Below are positions 27,462 to 35,142 of a stretch of DNA of 40,806 nucleotides, one piece after another. The notes beneath the pieces were generated by a model that was given only the letters and a program-made list of their open reading frames with translations, was not told the DNA's origin and searched no databases. The stretch spans positions 1 to 40,806 of the forward strand of contig JAZDDZ010000016.1 in assembly GCA_043809245.1 (NCBI GenBank). Direction: 5' to 3'. The DNA comes from Candidatus Iainarchaeum sp. (GTDB taxonomy: Archaea; Iainarchaeota; Iainarchaeia; Iainarchaeales; JAZDDZ01). Position 1 is the stretch's first letter; every line of letters begins with the position of its first letter. A program made the translations under genes and the position numbers.

Positions 27462-27995
27462 ATGGCTAGATTTTCTCCGTCAATGTGGAAAAGGTGGTGG
27501 ATGCTGGAAAGAAGGGGGGTTTACAAAGACGCAGGAGGAAAACTGGAAATTATCTCCCCCAAAAGACTTAGATCAAGGAAGTACGCTGCGATTAAAGCAA
27601 AAGCAGGGGAATTCTGGAACAATCCAATAAAATTATTTGAAATAGGCGGAAATAAAATTCCAGGAATAACTATCACTGTTGGAAAAACAACCTATGCTCT
27701 GCTCCTCTCGCCTAAAGAAAATGCAAAATTAGAAGCCGCCAGGAAAGCCCACACTTTTGAAGAAAAGGTTTTACCGCCCAAAATATTTAAAAAATTGGAG
27801 CGCGCACGAAAAAAAGCCGAAAAACTAGACAAGAAAGTTGCACAACAAAGAGGTGCGCAGCAAAAAAAAGGCGCTCCACCGGGCGCTATTGGGAGCGGCC
27901 AGCAAAGAGGCAGGAGCCAACCGCCACAAGGTTCGCCGCAGCAAAAAAGGGGAACTCCGCCTACGAAAGGCACGCAGCAAAAAAAGAAAAGTTAG
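27462..27995 (+). CDS. Orphan, very basic protein with Q/G/P/K low-complexity tail
   Basis: ATG 27462 after a GGTGA RBS; no family recognised; five QQ(K/R)-type units at the C-terminus. Confidence 0.65.
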   Translation: MARFSPSMWKRWWMLERRGVYKDAGGKLEIISPKRLRSRKYAAIKAKAGEFWNNPIKLFEIGGNKIPGITITVGKTTYALLLSPKENAKLEAARKAHTFEEKVLPPKIFKKLERARKKAEKLDKKVAQQRGAQQKKGAPPGAIGSGQQRGRSQPPQGSPQQKRGTPPTKGTQQKKKS

Positions 27996-28357
27996 CCTTT
28001 TCTGACTTCAGCCCATTCTACTTTTTTTCCTTCAACCAAATGCTTGATGTGTTTTTGTTTTTTTGAAAGCTGGGAGTCCGCGGTTTTGAATTCGCAGAAA
28101 ATTATCCTGTCGGATTCGAATGCCATTCCGTCAATCGGCGAGCCGATGAAGCGGAAGTTTGAGGCGTTAAAGGGAAGGTCCGAGGCAAAGGGAATGAATT
28201 GCTCCGTGATTTTGCCGTATCTGACTGACTGGCTTGATTTCTCAAAGTTAATGTCTTCCAGGTCTTTTTTTAACTGCATTATCTTCATTGCAAGGATTGT
28301 GATGATTATTACGAACAGGAAAAGCAGGCCTAAAATCATTGGAAGAAGCAAATCCAT
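27992..28357 (-). CDS. Membrane-anchored Holliday-junction-resolvase-like PD-(D/E)xK endonuclease (Endonuc_Holl)
   Basis: N-terminal TM helix, then S.SVRYGKITEQFIP, FRFIGSPID, EFKT..SQLSKKQ...VEW. Confidence 0.85.
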   Translation of the reverse strand: MDLLLPMILGLLFLFVIIITILAMKIMQLKKDLEDINFEKSSQSVRYGKITEQFIPFASDLPFNASNFRFIGSPIDGMAFESDRIIFCEFKTADSQLSKKQKHIKHLVEGKKVEWAEVRKG

Positions 28358-28378
28358 TCAAAAACACTTTTTTGCGGT

Positions 28379-28729
28379 TTAATATGTTTTTGTGCCGCTG
28401 CCAGTGATTACAATAAGCGAATAATCGAGGTTTGCTTCTTTTAGCGCTGCAAGCAATGCAATGTGCTCTTTTCCGGAGCCGGAAATCAATGACACGGATA
28501 TTTCCCCGTTTTTCGGCAGCTTTGCCTTAATTTCATCCTTTAAAATTTCAAAGCCAGCGCGGTTGTTGACTATAATCCAGTCGCATTCCTTTGAGGGAGA
28601 AAACTTTTCCTTGCCCCAGTCGTTTGAAATTAAGACAATTTTGCCCCATTCCTGTTCTTGGATGAGCCTTGCGACATGGCCCCAGCTGCCTTTTCCCATG
28701 CCCAAAACAGCGATAAAAGTCTTAGCCAT
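28379..28729 (-). CDS. Hypothetical small Rossmann-like protein (possibly CARF-like)
   Basis: MAKTFIAVLGMGKGSWGHV...ISVSLISGSGKEH; beta/alpha alternation. ATG 28729 follows an AT-rich promoter. Confidence 0.7.
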   Translation of the reverse strand: MAKTFIAVLGMGKGSWGHVARLIQEQEWGKIVLISNDWGKEKFSPSKECDWIIVNNRAGFEILKDEIKAKLPKNGEISVSLISGSGKEHIALLAALKEANLDYSLIVITGSGTKTY

Positions 28730-28808
28730 AACAAGCCTTAGTAAAATCAATTATATATATAATATTTATATAAATAAGTAGGTTTTTTGCCTTTGGGAAA
28801 AAGCAGTT

Positions 28809-29117
28809 TTATTCCGTGGAAAGCGCCTGCTTTGCGTCTTTAAGCCTTTGCAGCAAAAGCATTCCGTTGTCGTTTGCCTTGAACAACAGCTGCGCGGTTG
28901 TCTTTATCTCTGAAACAAGCTTCAATGAAACAAGGGACTGCACCACAAGCTGTATGTCCTTTTGCTCTATGTTCAAATACTTTGACTGAATGTCCGTAAG
29001 GCTTTTCGGGCTTTGGGCAATAAAGTTGAGAATCAGCAGGTAAATGCTTGAACTGACAATCGGATACCATTCGGGGTGCTCTTCAAGGAAAACCACAAAG
29101 GGGTCAAACGAAGACAT
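28809..29117 (-). CDS. Small winged-helix-like protein
   Basis: ILNFIAQSPKSLTDIQ...IQLVVQSLVSLKLV...FKANDNG resembles an ArsR/HxlR-type wHTH. Confidence 0.65.
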   Translation of the reverse strand: MSSFDPFVVFLEEHPEWYPIVSSSIYLLILNFIAQSPKSLTDIQSKYLNIEQKDIQLVVQSLVSLKLVSEIKTTAQLLFKANDNGMLLLQRLKDAKQALSTE

Positions 29118-29160
29118 AACGTATAAAGTAAAAGCGCCTTCTAATTAAAATCTCTTACTG

Positions 29161-30753
29161 TTAAAGAGTTTTACACATAAAAGCGCCTTTCCTTGCATAA
29201 CCAAGGAATTTTCGATAGTATTCCCTTGCGCCGATTCCGGAAATCACTGCTATTTTCTTGAAGCCGAATTCAAGCGCGGTTTTCTCGGCTTCATCCATCA
29301 GTTTTTTGCCCAGGCCGCGGTGCTGGAAGTCAGTTCCCAAAGGCAAAGCACCCAATGGAAGCGAATGAGAGAAAACATGGAGTTCACGCACAAGTGCAGT
29401 TGAGGAGCCAAGCTCTTTCCTGAATGGCTTGAAGGGAAAGCGCAGCCTGCAAAAGCCAAACAATGCGTTTGCCTTTCTGTCATCAGCTGAAATGAATGCC
29501 TCCAGGCCATTGCTTGCGGAATAAAATTCTTTGAATAGCCGTGCCTTTCCAAGCAAGGGCTTTTTTTTGCCGAGGTATTCGCTTAAGCCGGCTTCCCTGC
29601 AGCGGATGCAATTGCACTCAATGCCCTTTCCCTTGAGCTTTTCCTCCACTAACTGGCGAAGATTGCCCTTCTTTACGCCTGCCTCAATTGCAATGGCCGG
29701 AATGTCCCTCTGCACGCGCATAACTCTAACCCACTTTGGAACAAAACGCTTGAATTCGGAGATGAATTCAGCGGCATCATCATTGGAGAAAGGCGAAAAT
29801 TTTCCGTTCAGCCACTGCCTGTGCAGCCTTGTGCCTTTCACCACAAGGCAGGGGTAAAGCTTGAGCATATCTGGCCTGAAATCCAGGGATGAAAAAACTT
29901 TTCCAAACAATTCCAGTTCCGCTTCAATGCCCTTGCCGCTCAGGCCAGGCATCAAATGATAGCAGACCTTGAATGCAGAGTCCTTTAACAGTTGCGTTGC
30001 ATTAACGACATCCTTGACTGAATGCCCCCTGTGGACTTTTTTGTAAACCGAATCATCAGGGCACTGCACGCCCAATTCAACGCGCGTGCCGCCGAATGAA
30101 AGAAAGCGGCTGATTTCCTTTTCCCCGCAAAAATCAGGCCTTGTTTCAAAAGTTATTCCAATGACTCTACGGCTGCTTTTCTCCGCAGCTGCAATTGATG
30201 ATTCAAGCGAGCGCGTTTTTTTTTCAGTTATTGCGTCAAGGCATCCTTTGACGAATTTTTTTTGGTAGGAAACGGGAGTACAGGGAAAAGTTCCACCCAT
30301 TACAATGAGCTCTATTTTATCAGTGCCGTGGCCAATCTGCTCCAATTGCCCCAAACGGCTTTTCACCTGCAAAAAAGGGTCAAAGCCGTTCATCAGTGCG
30401 CGAAGCGAAGCGGGCTCAAGGCCAGTGTAGCTTTTAGGCATCTCTTCTTCAATGCCATTGGGGCAGTAAATGCATTTGCCAGGGCACTTGTGAGGCTTAA
30501 CCATTGCGGCCACGACCGCAACCCCTGAAAGCGTTCTAACCGGCTTTATTGAAAGAAAGGAGAGAAGCGAACGCGAAGGGCTTTTTGAAAAAGAAAGCAC
30601 AACGGAATTGCGCGGAATTTCCCGAAAGCCGAATTTTTTGCACAAGCTGATTTTAAGGCGGTTGAGTTCCCTTTTGTCCCTTACTTTCTTTTTTTCAATT
30701 GCGCCAATTATTTCGCGTGAAAACAATTCTTCTTTCTGCAAAAAAACCAACAA
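29161..30753 (-). CDS. elp3: Elp3 tRNA uridine(34) acetyltransferase (radical SAM plus GNAT)
   Basis: KPVRTLSGVAVVA, CPGKCIYCP, PKSYTG.EP, MGGTF, ETRPD, RVQRDIP, CIRCRE, QHRGLG, ISGIGAREYYRK. Exact start uncertain. Confidence 0.95.
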   Translation of the reverse strand: MLVFLQKEELFSREIIGAIEKKKVRDKRELNRLKISLCKKFGFREIPRNSVVLSFSKSPSRSLLSFLSIKPVRTLSGVAVVAAMVKPHKCPGKCIYCPNGIEEEMPKSYTGLEPASLRALMNGFDPFLQVKSRLGQLEQIGHGTDKIELIVMGGTFPCTPVSYQKKFVKGCLDAITEKKTRSLESSIAAAEKSSRRVIGITFETRPDFCGEKEISRFLSFGGTRVELGVQCPDDSVYKKVHRGHSVKDVVNATQLLKDSAFKVCYHLMPGLSGKGIEAELELFGKVFSSLDFRPDMLKLYPCLVVKGTRLHRQWLNGKFSPFSNDDAAEFISEFKRFVPKWVRVMRVQRDIPAIAIEAGVKKGNLRQLVEEKLKGKGIECNCIRCREAGLSEYLGKKKPLLGKARLFKEFYSASNGLEAFISADDRKANALFGFCRLRFPFKPFRKELGSSTALVRELHVFSHSLPLGALPLGTDFQHRGLGKKLMDEAEKTALEFGFKKIAVISGIGAREYYRKFLGYARKGAFMCKTL

Positions 30754-30758
30754 CTTGC

Positions 30759-31556
30759 TTATTGCATGAAATAGCTTAAAAACGAGTTAAGCAGCTGGAA
30801 GGGAAGAAGCCCCGGGGAAAAGAAAGGATAGCCGTTCAAAGCCGAGGCGAATTCGCCTTTAAGGCTTGGCCTGGCTTTAAGGCGCGCGTTAAAAGAGGCA
30901 AGCAGGGAATCGTTTTCCCTCGAGTAAATATTGAATGAAAAGCTTTTTTCGCCGGAATACGCGGGTGTGACAACAAGCTCTTCTTCGATTGTCTGGCCCG
31001 CGGGAATCACTGCCTCAAATGGCGCAAACAATTTGTTTGAAAGCGTTGAATCAACTAAAACCCTGTGCGCGGCAATTGATTCGTTGGAAATTATCAGGCC
31101 GAATTTTGCGTTATCGCCAATTGAAACGTCTTCCGCAAGCGTTGAAATGCCTGCCTTTATCAGCGAATTCCTTACCTCCAGTTTTGCATTGAATGATTCG
31201 CTTCCAAAGCCTTCCTCTGGATTTGAAACCGCCACAGTGAAAGAATAAGTGCCCTGCGAAGCGTTTTTCGGAATGGTTAATGCAAGCACAAGGGTTTTTT
31301 CCTTTTTAACCGCGTCAACTCCCTTCCAGTCGGTTGGAAGCGAAACAAGCGCTGCCCTGCTCCAAATCGTGTCAGCATAGCCCCTTTGGTTTGTCACAAT
31401 TATTTCAACTGTTTGCCCTGGTTGCGCCGCACCCAATAAAACCTGCTGTGCGTCCTTTAGCTTCAAGTCAATGGGCTTGACAAGCGAAATGTCGGCTGAA
31501 GCGCTTGCAGCAAAAAACAAAATTACCAGGCTCAAAAATAAAAGGCTTTTAAACAC
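30759..31556 (-). CDS. Secreted/membrane-anchored protein with probable Ig-like beta-sandwich domains
   Basis: Signal peptide (LLFLSLVILFFAASASA), beta-rich body (LTIPKNASQGTYSFTV), hydrophobic C-terminus; GGGGTGA RBS before GTG. Confidence 0.75.
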   Translation of the reverse strand: MFKSLLFLSLVILFFAASASADISLVKPIDLKLKDAQQVLLGAAQPGQTVEIIVTNQRGYADTIWSRAALVSLPTDWKGVDAVKKEKTLVLALTIPKNASQGTYSFTVAVSNPEEGFGSESFNAKLEVRNSLIKAGISTLAEDVSIGDNAKFGLIISNESIAAHRVLVDSTLSNKLFAPFEAVIPAGQTIEEELVVTPAYSGEKSFSFNIYSRENDSLLASFNARLKARPSLKGEFASALNGYPFFSPGLLPFQLLNSFLSYFMQ

Positions 31557-31593
31557 GCTTTCACCCCAAATGAATAATAGTTAATTGTACTTA

Positions 31594-31683
31594 TATCAAA
31601 AGACAGTATATAGGGTAATTTTTAAATGTCTTTTGATAGCTATCAAAGGGCATTATTTGCAGCAGTATTTATGCCCTTTGATA
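31594..31683. repeat. Two tandem perfect inverted repeats built from a TATCAAARGRCA unit
   Basis: TATCAAAAGACA (31594-31605) pairs with TGTCTTTTGATA (31627-31638); TATCAAAGGGCAT (31641-31653) pairs with ATGCCCTTTGATA (31671-31683). Confidence 0.9.
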
Positions 31684-31698
31684 TTAAATGATTTAAAG

Positions 31699-32367
31699 AT
31701 GATTGTTGTGGCTGGCTTTAAATTGGCTTTTGCAAGCGACGCGCATTCCTCAACAGGGAAAGCGGAAAGCCTCGGGGAAAAGCTTTTAGCGCGAGGAATA
31801 GGGGTTTTGTTTTACTGCGGCGACTTCACCAATGAAGGCAGTACAAGGCTAGCGGGGGAAATACTGGACGCATTCAAGGGCTTAAAGGTGCACGCGGTTC
31901 CTGGAAACATGGATTCAAAGGAAATAATTGAATTGCTTGAGAAAAGGGGGGAAAGCATTCACAGGAAAAAAATTGAATTAGGCGGATACACTTTCATTGG
32001 ATTGGGGGGAGCAAAGCCAGTGCACACTTTTTACCGCGTGAATTTAGGCGAACTGGAGGCGAAAAAATGCCTGGAAAAGTTAATGGATGGGGCGGATGCG
32101 CGAAAAACAGTTATTGTAACGCATTGCCCGCCAAGCAAATGCGACGGGTTAAGCAAAACGCATTCCGGAATTGATTTGGGATTGGATGCATTGAGGGAAA
32201 TGATTGGTGAAAAGCAGCCGTTGCTTTCGGTTTTCTGCCATGTGCACGAATCAATGGGTGAGGCATTCATTGGAAAAACAAAATGCGTAAACACGGGGGC
32301 GCTAAGGGAAGGGAACGCGGTTATAGTTGATCTTCTATCGCTGGAAACAGAATGGCTAAAGGTGTGA
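31699..32367 (+). CDS. Calcineurin-like metallophosphoesterase
   Basis: SDAH, CGDF, PGNMD, THCPP, HVHE motifs. Start is ATG 31699 or GTG 31708 rather than 31585. Confidence 0.88.
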   Translation: MIVVAGFKLAFASDAHSSTGKAESLGEKLLARGIGVLFYCGDFTNEGSTRLAGEILDAFKGLKVHAVPGNMDSKEIIELLEKRGESIHRKKIELGGYTFIGLGGAKPVHTFYRVNLGELEAKKCLEKLMDGADARKTVIVTHCPPSKCDGLSKTHSGIDLGLDALREMIGEKQPLLSVFCHVHESMGEAFIGKTKCVNTGALREGNAVIVDLLSLETEWLKV

Positions 32368-32987
32368 TGATGGAAAAGAAAAAAGGGAAAAACGAGTCTC
32401 TTGCGGATTCGCGTTTTGCAATGGTCAAGAAAATGCACCGCGGAACATTCGAGAAAGCCGAGGCAGAAGGAAAAGCCGACAGGCAACTGCTTCCCTTGTG
32501 CAGGTTTGTTGCGAAAACAAATGGCTTTTTCACTTCAAGCGGCTGTGCAGGAAGGATACTGCTTTTGGGGCTGAAAAAAGGCGAGGACAAAAAGGGAAGC
32601 TATTTTCACAGGAAATGGCACAGGGCAGTTTCTCTGAAAGAAGTGCTTGAAGGAATCAACGAAAAAACACAGGGAGAGCTTTGGTTCAGGCTCGACCCAT
32701 TCATTCTGCACATCGGCGCAAAAGATTTGGATGGCGCGGAAAGAATACTGAAGGCAATGAAGCTCGCGGGAGTGAAACGCGGGGGCATAACAGTCGCAAA
32801 GCCTGGAAAATTTTTAATCGAGCTTCAGGGAAGCCAGTTCATGGCTTTGCCAGTGAAAAAAGGGAAAAAAGTTTTAGCGGAAAAAAGCCTGATGAAGTTC
32901 ATTGTGGAGAAATCAAACAAAAAGCTCAAATGGAATTATGAAAGGCTCAAGGCATTGGAAAAGCAATTCAGGAAGGAATTGAATTGA
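32367..32987 (+). CDS. taw3: tRNA wyosine-derivative methyltransferase Taw3/TYW3
   Basis: FTSSGCAGRI (TTSSCSGR-like), KWH, PFILH, AGVKRGG; TGATG coupling with the upstream gene. Confidence 0.82.
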   Translation: MMEKKKGKNESLADSRFAMVKKMHRGTFEKAEAEGKADRQLLPLCRFVAKTNGFFTSSGCAGRILLLGLKKGEDKKGSYFHRKWHRAVSLKEVLEGINEKTQGELWFRLDPFILHIGAKDLDGAERILKAMKLAGVKRGGITVAKPGKFLIELQGSQFMALPVKKGKKVLAEKSLMKFIVEKSNKKLKWNYERLKALEKQFRKELN

Positions 32988-33517
32988 ATGGATTGCAAAG
33001 GGTTTTCATCGCAATTAATGTGCCTGAGGCAGTTAAAGAAAGAATTTTTTCTGAATTATCCGCGCTTATTCCCGCAAAGGGATGCAAAAAAGTGGAGAAG
33101 GCAAATTTGCACATAACAATGCGTTTTCTCGGCTATCTGAATGAAGAAAAAATAATGGAAACGAAAAAGGCACTGGAGAAAATTTCATTGAAAAAATTTG
33201 AAGCGGAATTGTGCGGAGTGAACCACTTCAATGGAAGGGTTATCTGGTTAGGGGTTGCAAAAGGAAGCCAAGAATTTAACGAATTAAGCGGGCAGCTCTC
33301 TGAATTGGCGGAATTGCCGGATGAAAGGTTTCACGCGCACTTGACTCTTGCAAGGAACAAATCGCTTGAAAGAAATGAAGTCAAGGAAATTGCGGAAAGG
33401 ATGAATGAAAAGAATTTTTCGGAAAAAATCGCAGTGGAAAGCACGGATTTAATGGAGTCGGTTCTTTCGCATGAAGGGCCTGTTTACAAAAAGCTGTTTG
33501 AAAAAAAACTGCAGTGA
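32984..33517 (+). CDS. thpR: RNA 2',3'-cyclic phosphodiesterase (2H family, '2'-5' RNA ligase')
   Basis: RVFIAI, two 2H motifs LHITMRFLG and AHLTLAR, ESVL...GPVY. Confidence 0.92.
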   Translation: MNGLQRVFIAINVPEAVKERIFSELSALIPAKGCKKVEKANLHITMRFLGYLNEEKIMETKKALEKISLKKFEAELCGVNHFNGRVIWLGVAKGSQEFNELSGQLSELAELPDERFHAHLTLARNKSLERNEVKEIAERMNEKNFSEKIAVESTDLMESVLSHEGPVYKKLFEKKLQ

Positions 33518-33518
33518 A

Positions 33519-35072
33519 TTATTCCAGTGCCTTGCTGACCTCTTCCAGAACAGTCTGCGGCTCATAGTAGTAGCGCTGGATTACTGTTTCAACGTCAGGG
33601 TTTCTCCTAATTCCTTGCTTTAACAGCCATTCAAGTATTGTGCGCCTGATGTTTATCTCCCTCATGACGTCTTTCTTTGAGCGCCCGACCTTTTCCCCCA
33701 GTGTTTCAATTATGTGGCTCGGGGTGTTTGTTCTCTCGAGTTCGTCTTTTTCGCGGTTCCATTCAAAGACGTTTGCGACAAGCGCCTGGTTCTCCATTGC
33801 GGACACCTCTGAAATCTGTGTTACGCGCCTCAGAATGCCTTTTCCTTTAATGTACATTTTGTACTGCACTAAAACTAGGTCAAGCAAGGGAAGCATCTGC
33901 TCAGGCACTCCCATGGGGTCGGCTTTCAGGCGCAAAAACATTTCCTTTGCGCTGTTCGCGTGCAGTGTTCCCATGCACCCTTCATGGCCCGTGTCCATTG
34001 CAACGAAAAGCGTTTGCGCCTCCGGGCCTCGTACCTCTCCAACTATTATCCTGTCAGGGCGCATTCTCAATGCGTTTCTCAACAAGTCATCCATTGAAAC
34101 CTCGTGGCTTTCCCTTAACGCGGGCTTTGACTCCATTTGAATCCAGTTCTCCCTTCCACCCAAATCAAGCTCAAGCGTGTCCTCAATTGTTACAATCCTG
34201 TCCTGGAAGCGGATGAATGATGCAAGGACGTTAAGCGTTGTGGTTTTGCCTGTGCCTGAGCCGCCGGTAACAATCAGGCTCATTGGCTGGATGTTCATTC
34301 CCTCAATTGCAACCCATAGGAACGCGGCGACCTCGCTTGTAAGCGTGTTGTTTGCAATGAGGTCCACTATGGAGAGGGGAATTTTCGTGAACTTCCTGAT
34401 TGTAAGCGTTACCCCATTAGGGGTGACAAGGCTTTCCGTTGCATTTGCCCTGCTTCCATCGGGAAGCCTTGCGTCAAGCAAGGGGTGGTTTGAATCAAAC
34501 CTTCTCCCAACAGTGTTCGCAATCCTCTGCACAAGGTTTGGCATGTAATTCCTTTCATCTAGGGAAAGGTTTGTCTTGCACATGCCGTACTTTTTGTGGA
34601 AAACAAAAACAACCCTTTTTTCGCCGTTAACCATTATTTCTTCAAGCGACTCGTCGCGCATCAAGGGCGCAAGGTAACCGAAACCTATGGAAGCATCAAG
34701 GACATACGCCGCAAATTTAAGCGCATCCTTAACAAAGCCCACTGGCTTTAGGGCATTTGCGAGTTCTGATGAAAAAGCGAAAAACTTTTCCGGAATGAGG
34801 AGCTTTGAATTGGCTTCGCTTAATGCAAGTGACTGCAGGAATTTCCTGTTAAGATAGTCAACCACGCCCTGCGGCACCTGGCCTTTCTCGCTTGGCTCCA
34901 TCTCCACTTTTTTCCCTATAATGAATCTTTTCAGTTTTTCAGCCAAATCCAGCTCTTCCTTTGAAAACTTGGGTTTCTGCACCTCGTAGAAAAAATAGGG
35001 AAATCCCTCGAAAATAACTATGTCATTATACGAGTCAATCTGTCCAAGCCTTGTTTCCTTTATCGGGCGCAT
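33519..35072 (-). CDS. Second CpaF/VirB11-family secretion ATPase (no intein)
   Basis: EEIMVNG, DARLPDGSRANA, GGSGTGKTT, TIEDTLEL, LRMRPDRIIVGEVR, GTLHAN. Confidence 0.93.
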   Translation of the reverse strand: MRPIKETRLGQIDSYNDIVIFEGFPYFFYEVQKPKFSKEELDLAEKLKRFIIGKKVEMEPSEKGQVPQGVVDYLNRKFLQSLALSEANSKLLIPEKFFAFSSELANALKPVGFVKDALKFAAYVLDASIGFGYLAPLMRDESLEEIMVNGEKRVVFVFHKKYGMCKTNLSLDERNYMPNLVQRIANTVGRRFDSNHPLLDARLPDGSRANATESLVTPNGVTLTIRKFTKIPLSIVDLIANNTLTSEVAAFLWVAIEGMNIQPMSLIVTGGSGTGKTTTLNVLASFIRFQDRIVTIEDTLELDLGGRENWIQMESKPALRESHEVSMDDLLRNALRMRPDRIIVGEVRGPEAQTLFVAMDTGHEGCMGTLHANSAKEMFLRLKADPMGVPEQMLPLLDLVLVQYKMYIKGKGILRRVTQISEVSAMENQALVANVFEWNREKDELERTNTPSHIIETLGEKVGRSKKDVMREINIRRTILEWLLKQGIRRNPDVETVIQRYYYEPQTVLEEVSKALE

Positions 35073-35101
35073 AAAAAAGATCCAACCATTTTGCAGGTAT
35101 A

Positions 35102-35125
35102 TTTATATATTTCCGAATATATAAA
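35102..35125. promoter_or_regulatory. Palindromic back-to-back TATA boxes (bidirectional promoter)
   Basis: TTTATATATT-tccg-AATATATAAA between the divergent ATPase and cca genes. Confidence 0.6.
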
Positions 35126-35142
35126 ACTGATGGTGCGGTTCT

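Noticed and set aside
31594-31683. Possible CRISPR or guide-RNA mini-array, or dif site
   Set aside because: Only two units, with inverted rather than direct repeats, no cas-like gene in the window, and spacing that does not match the 11-6-11 dif layout. Kept only as a structural finding.
31585-31698. N-terminal extension of the metallophosphoesterase ORF
   Set aside because: It runs through the AT-rich palindromic intergenic region; the first family motif begins only after ATG 31699/GTG 31708.
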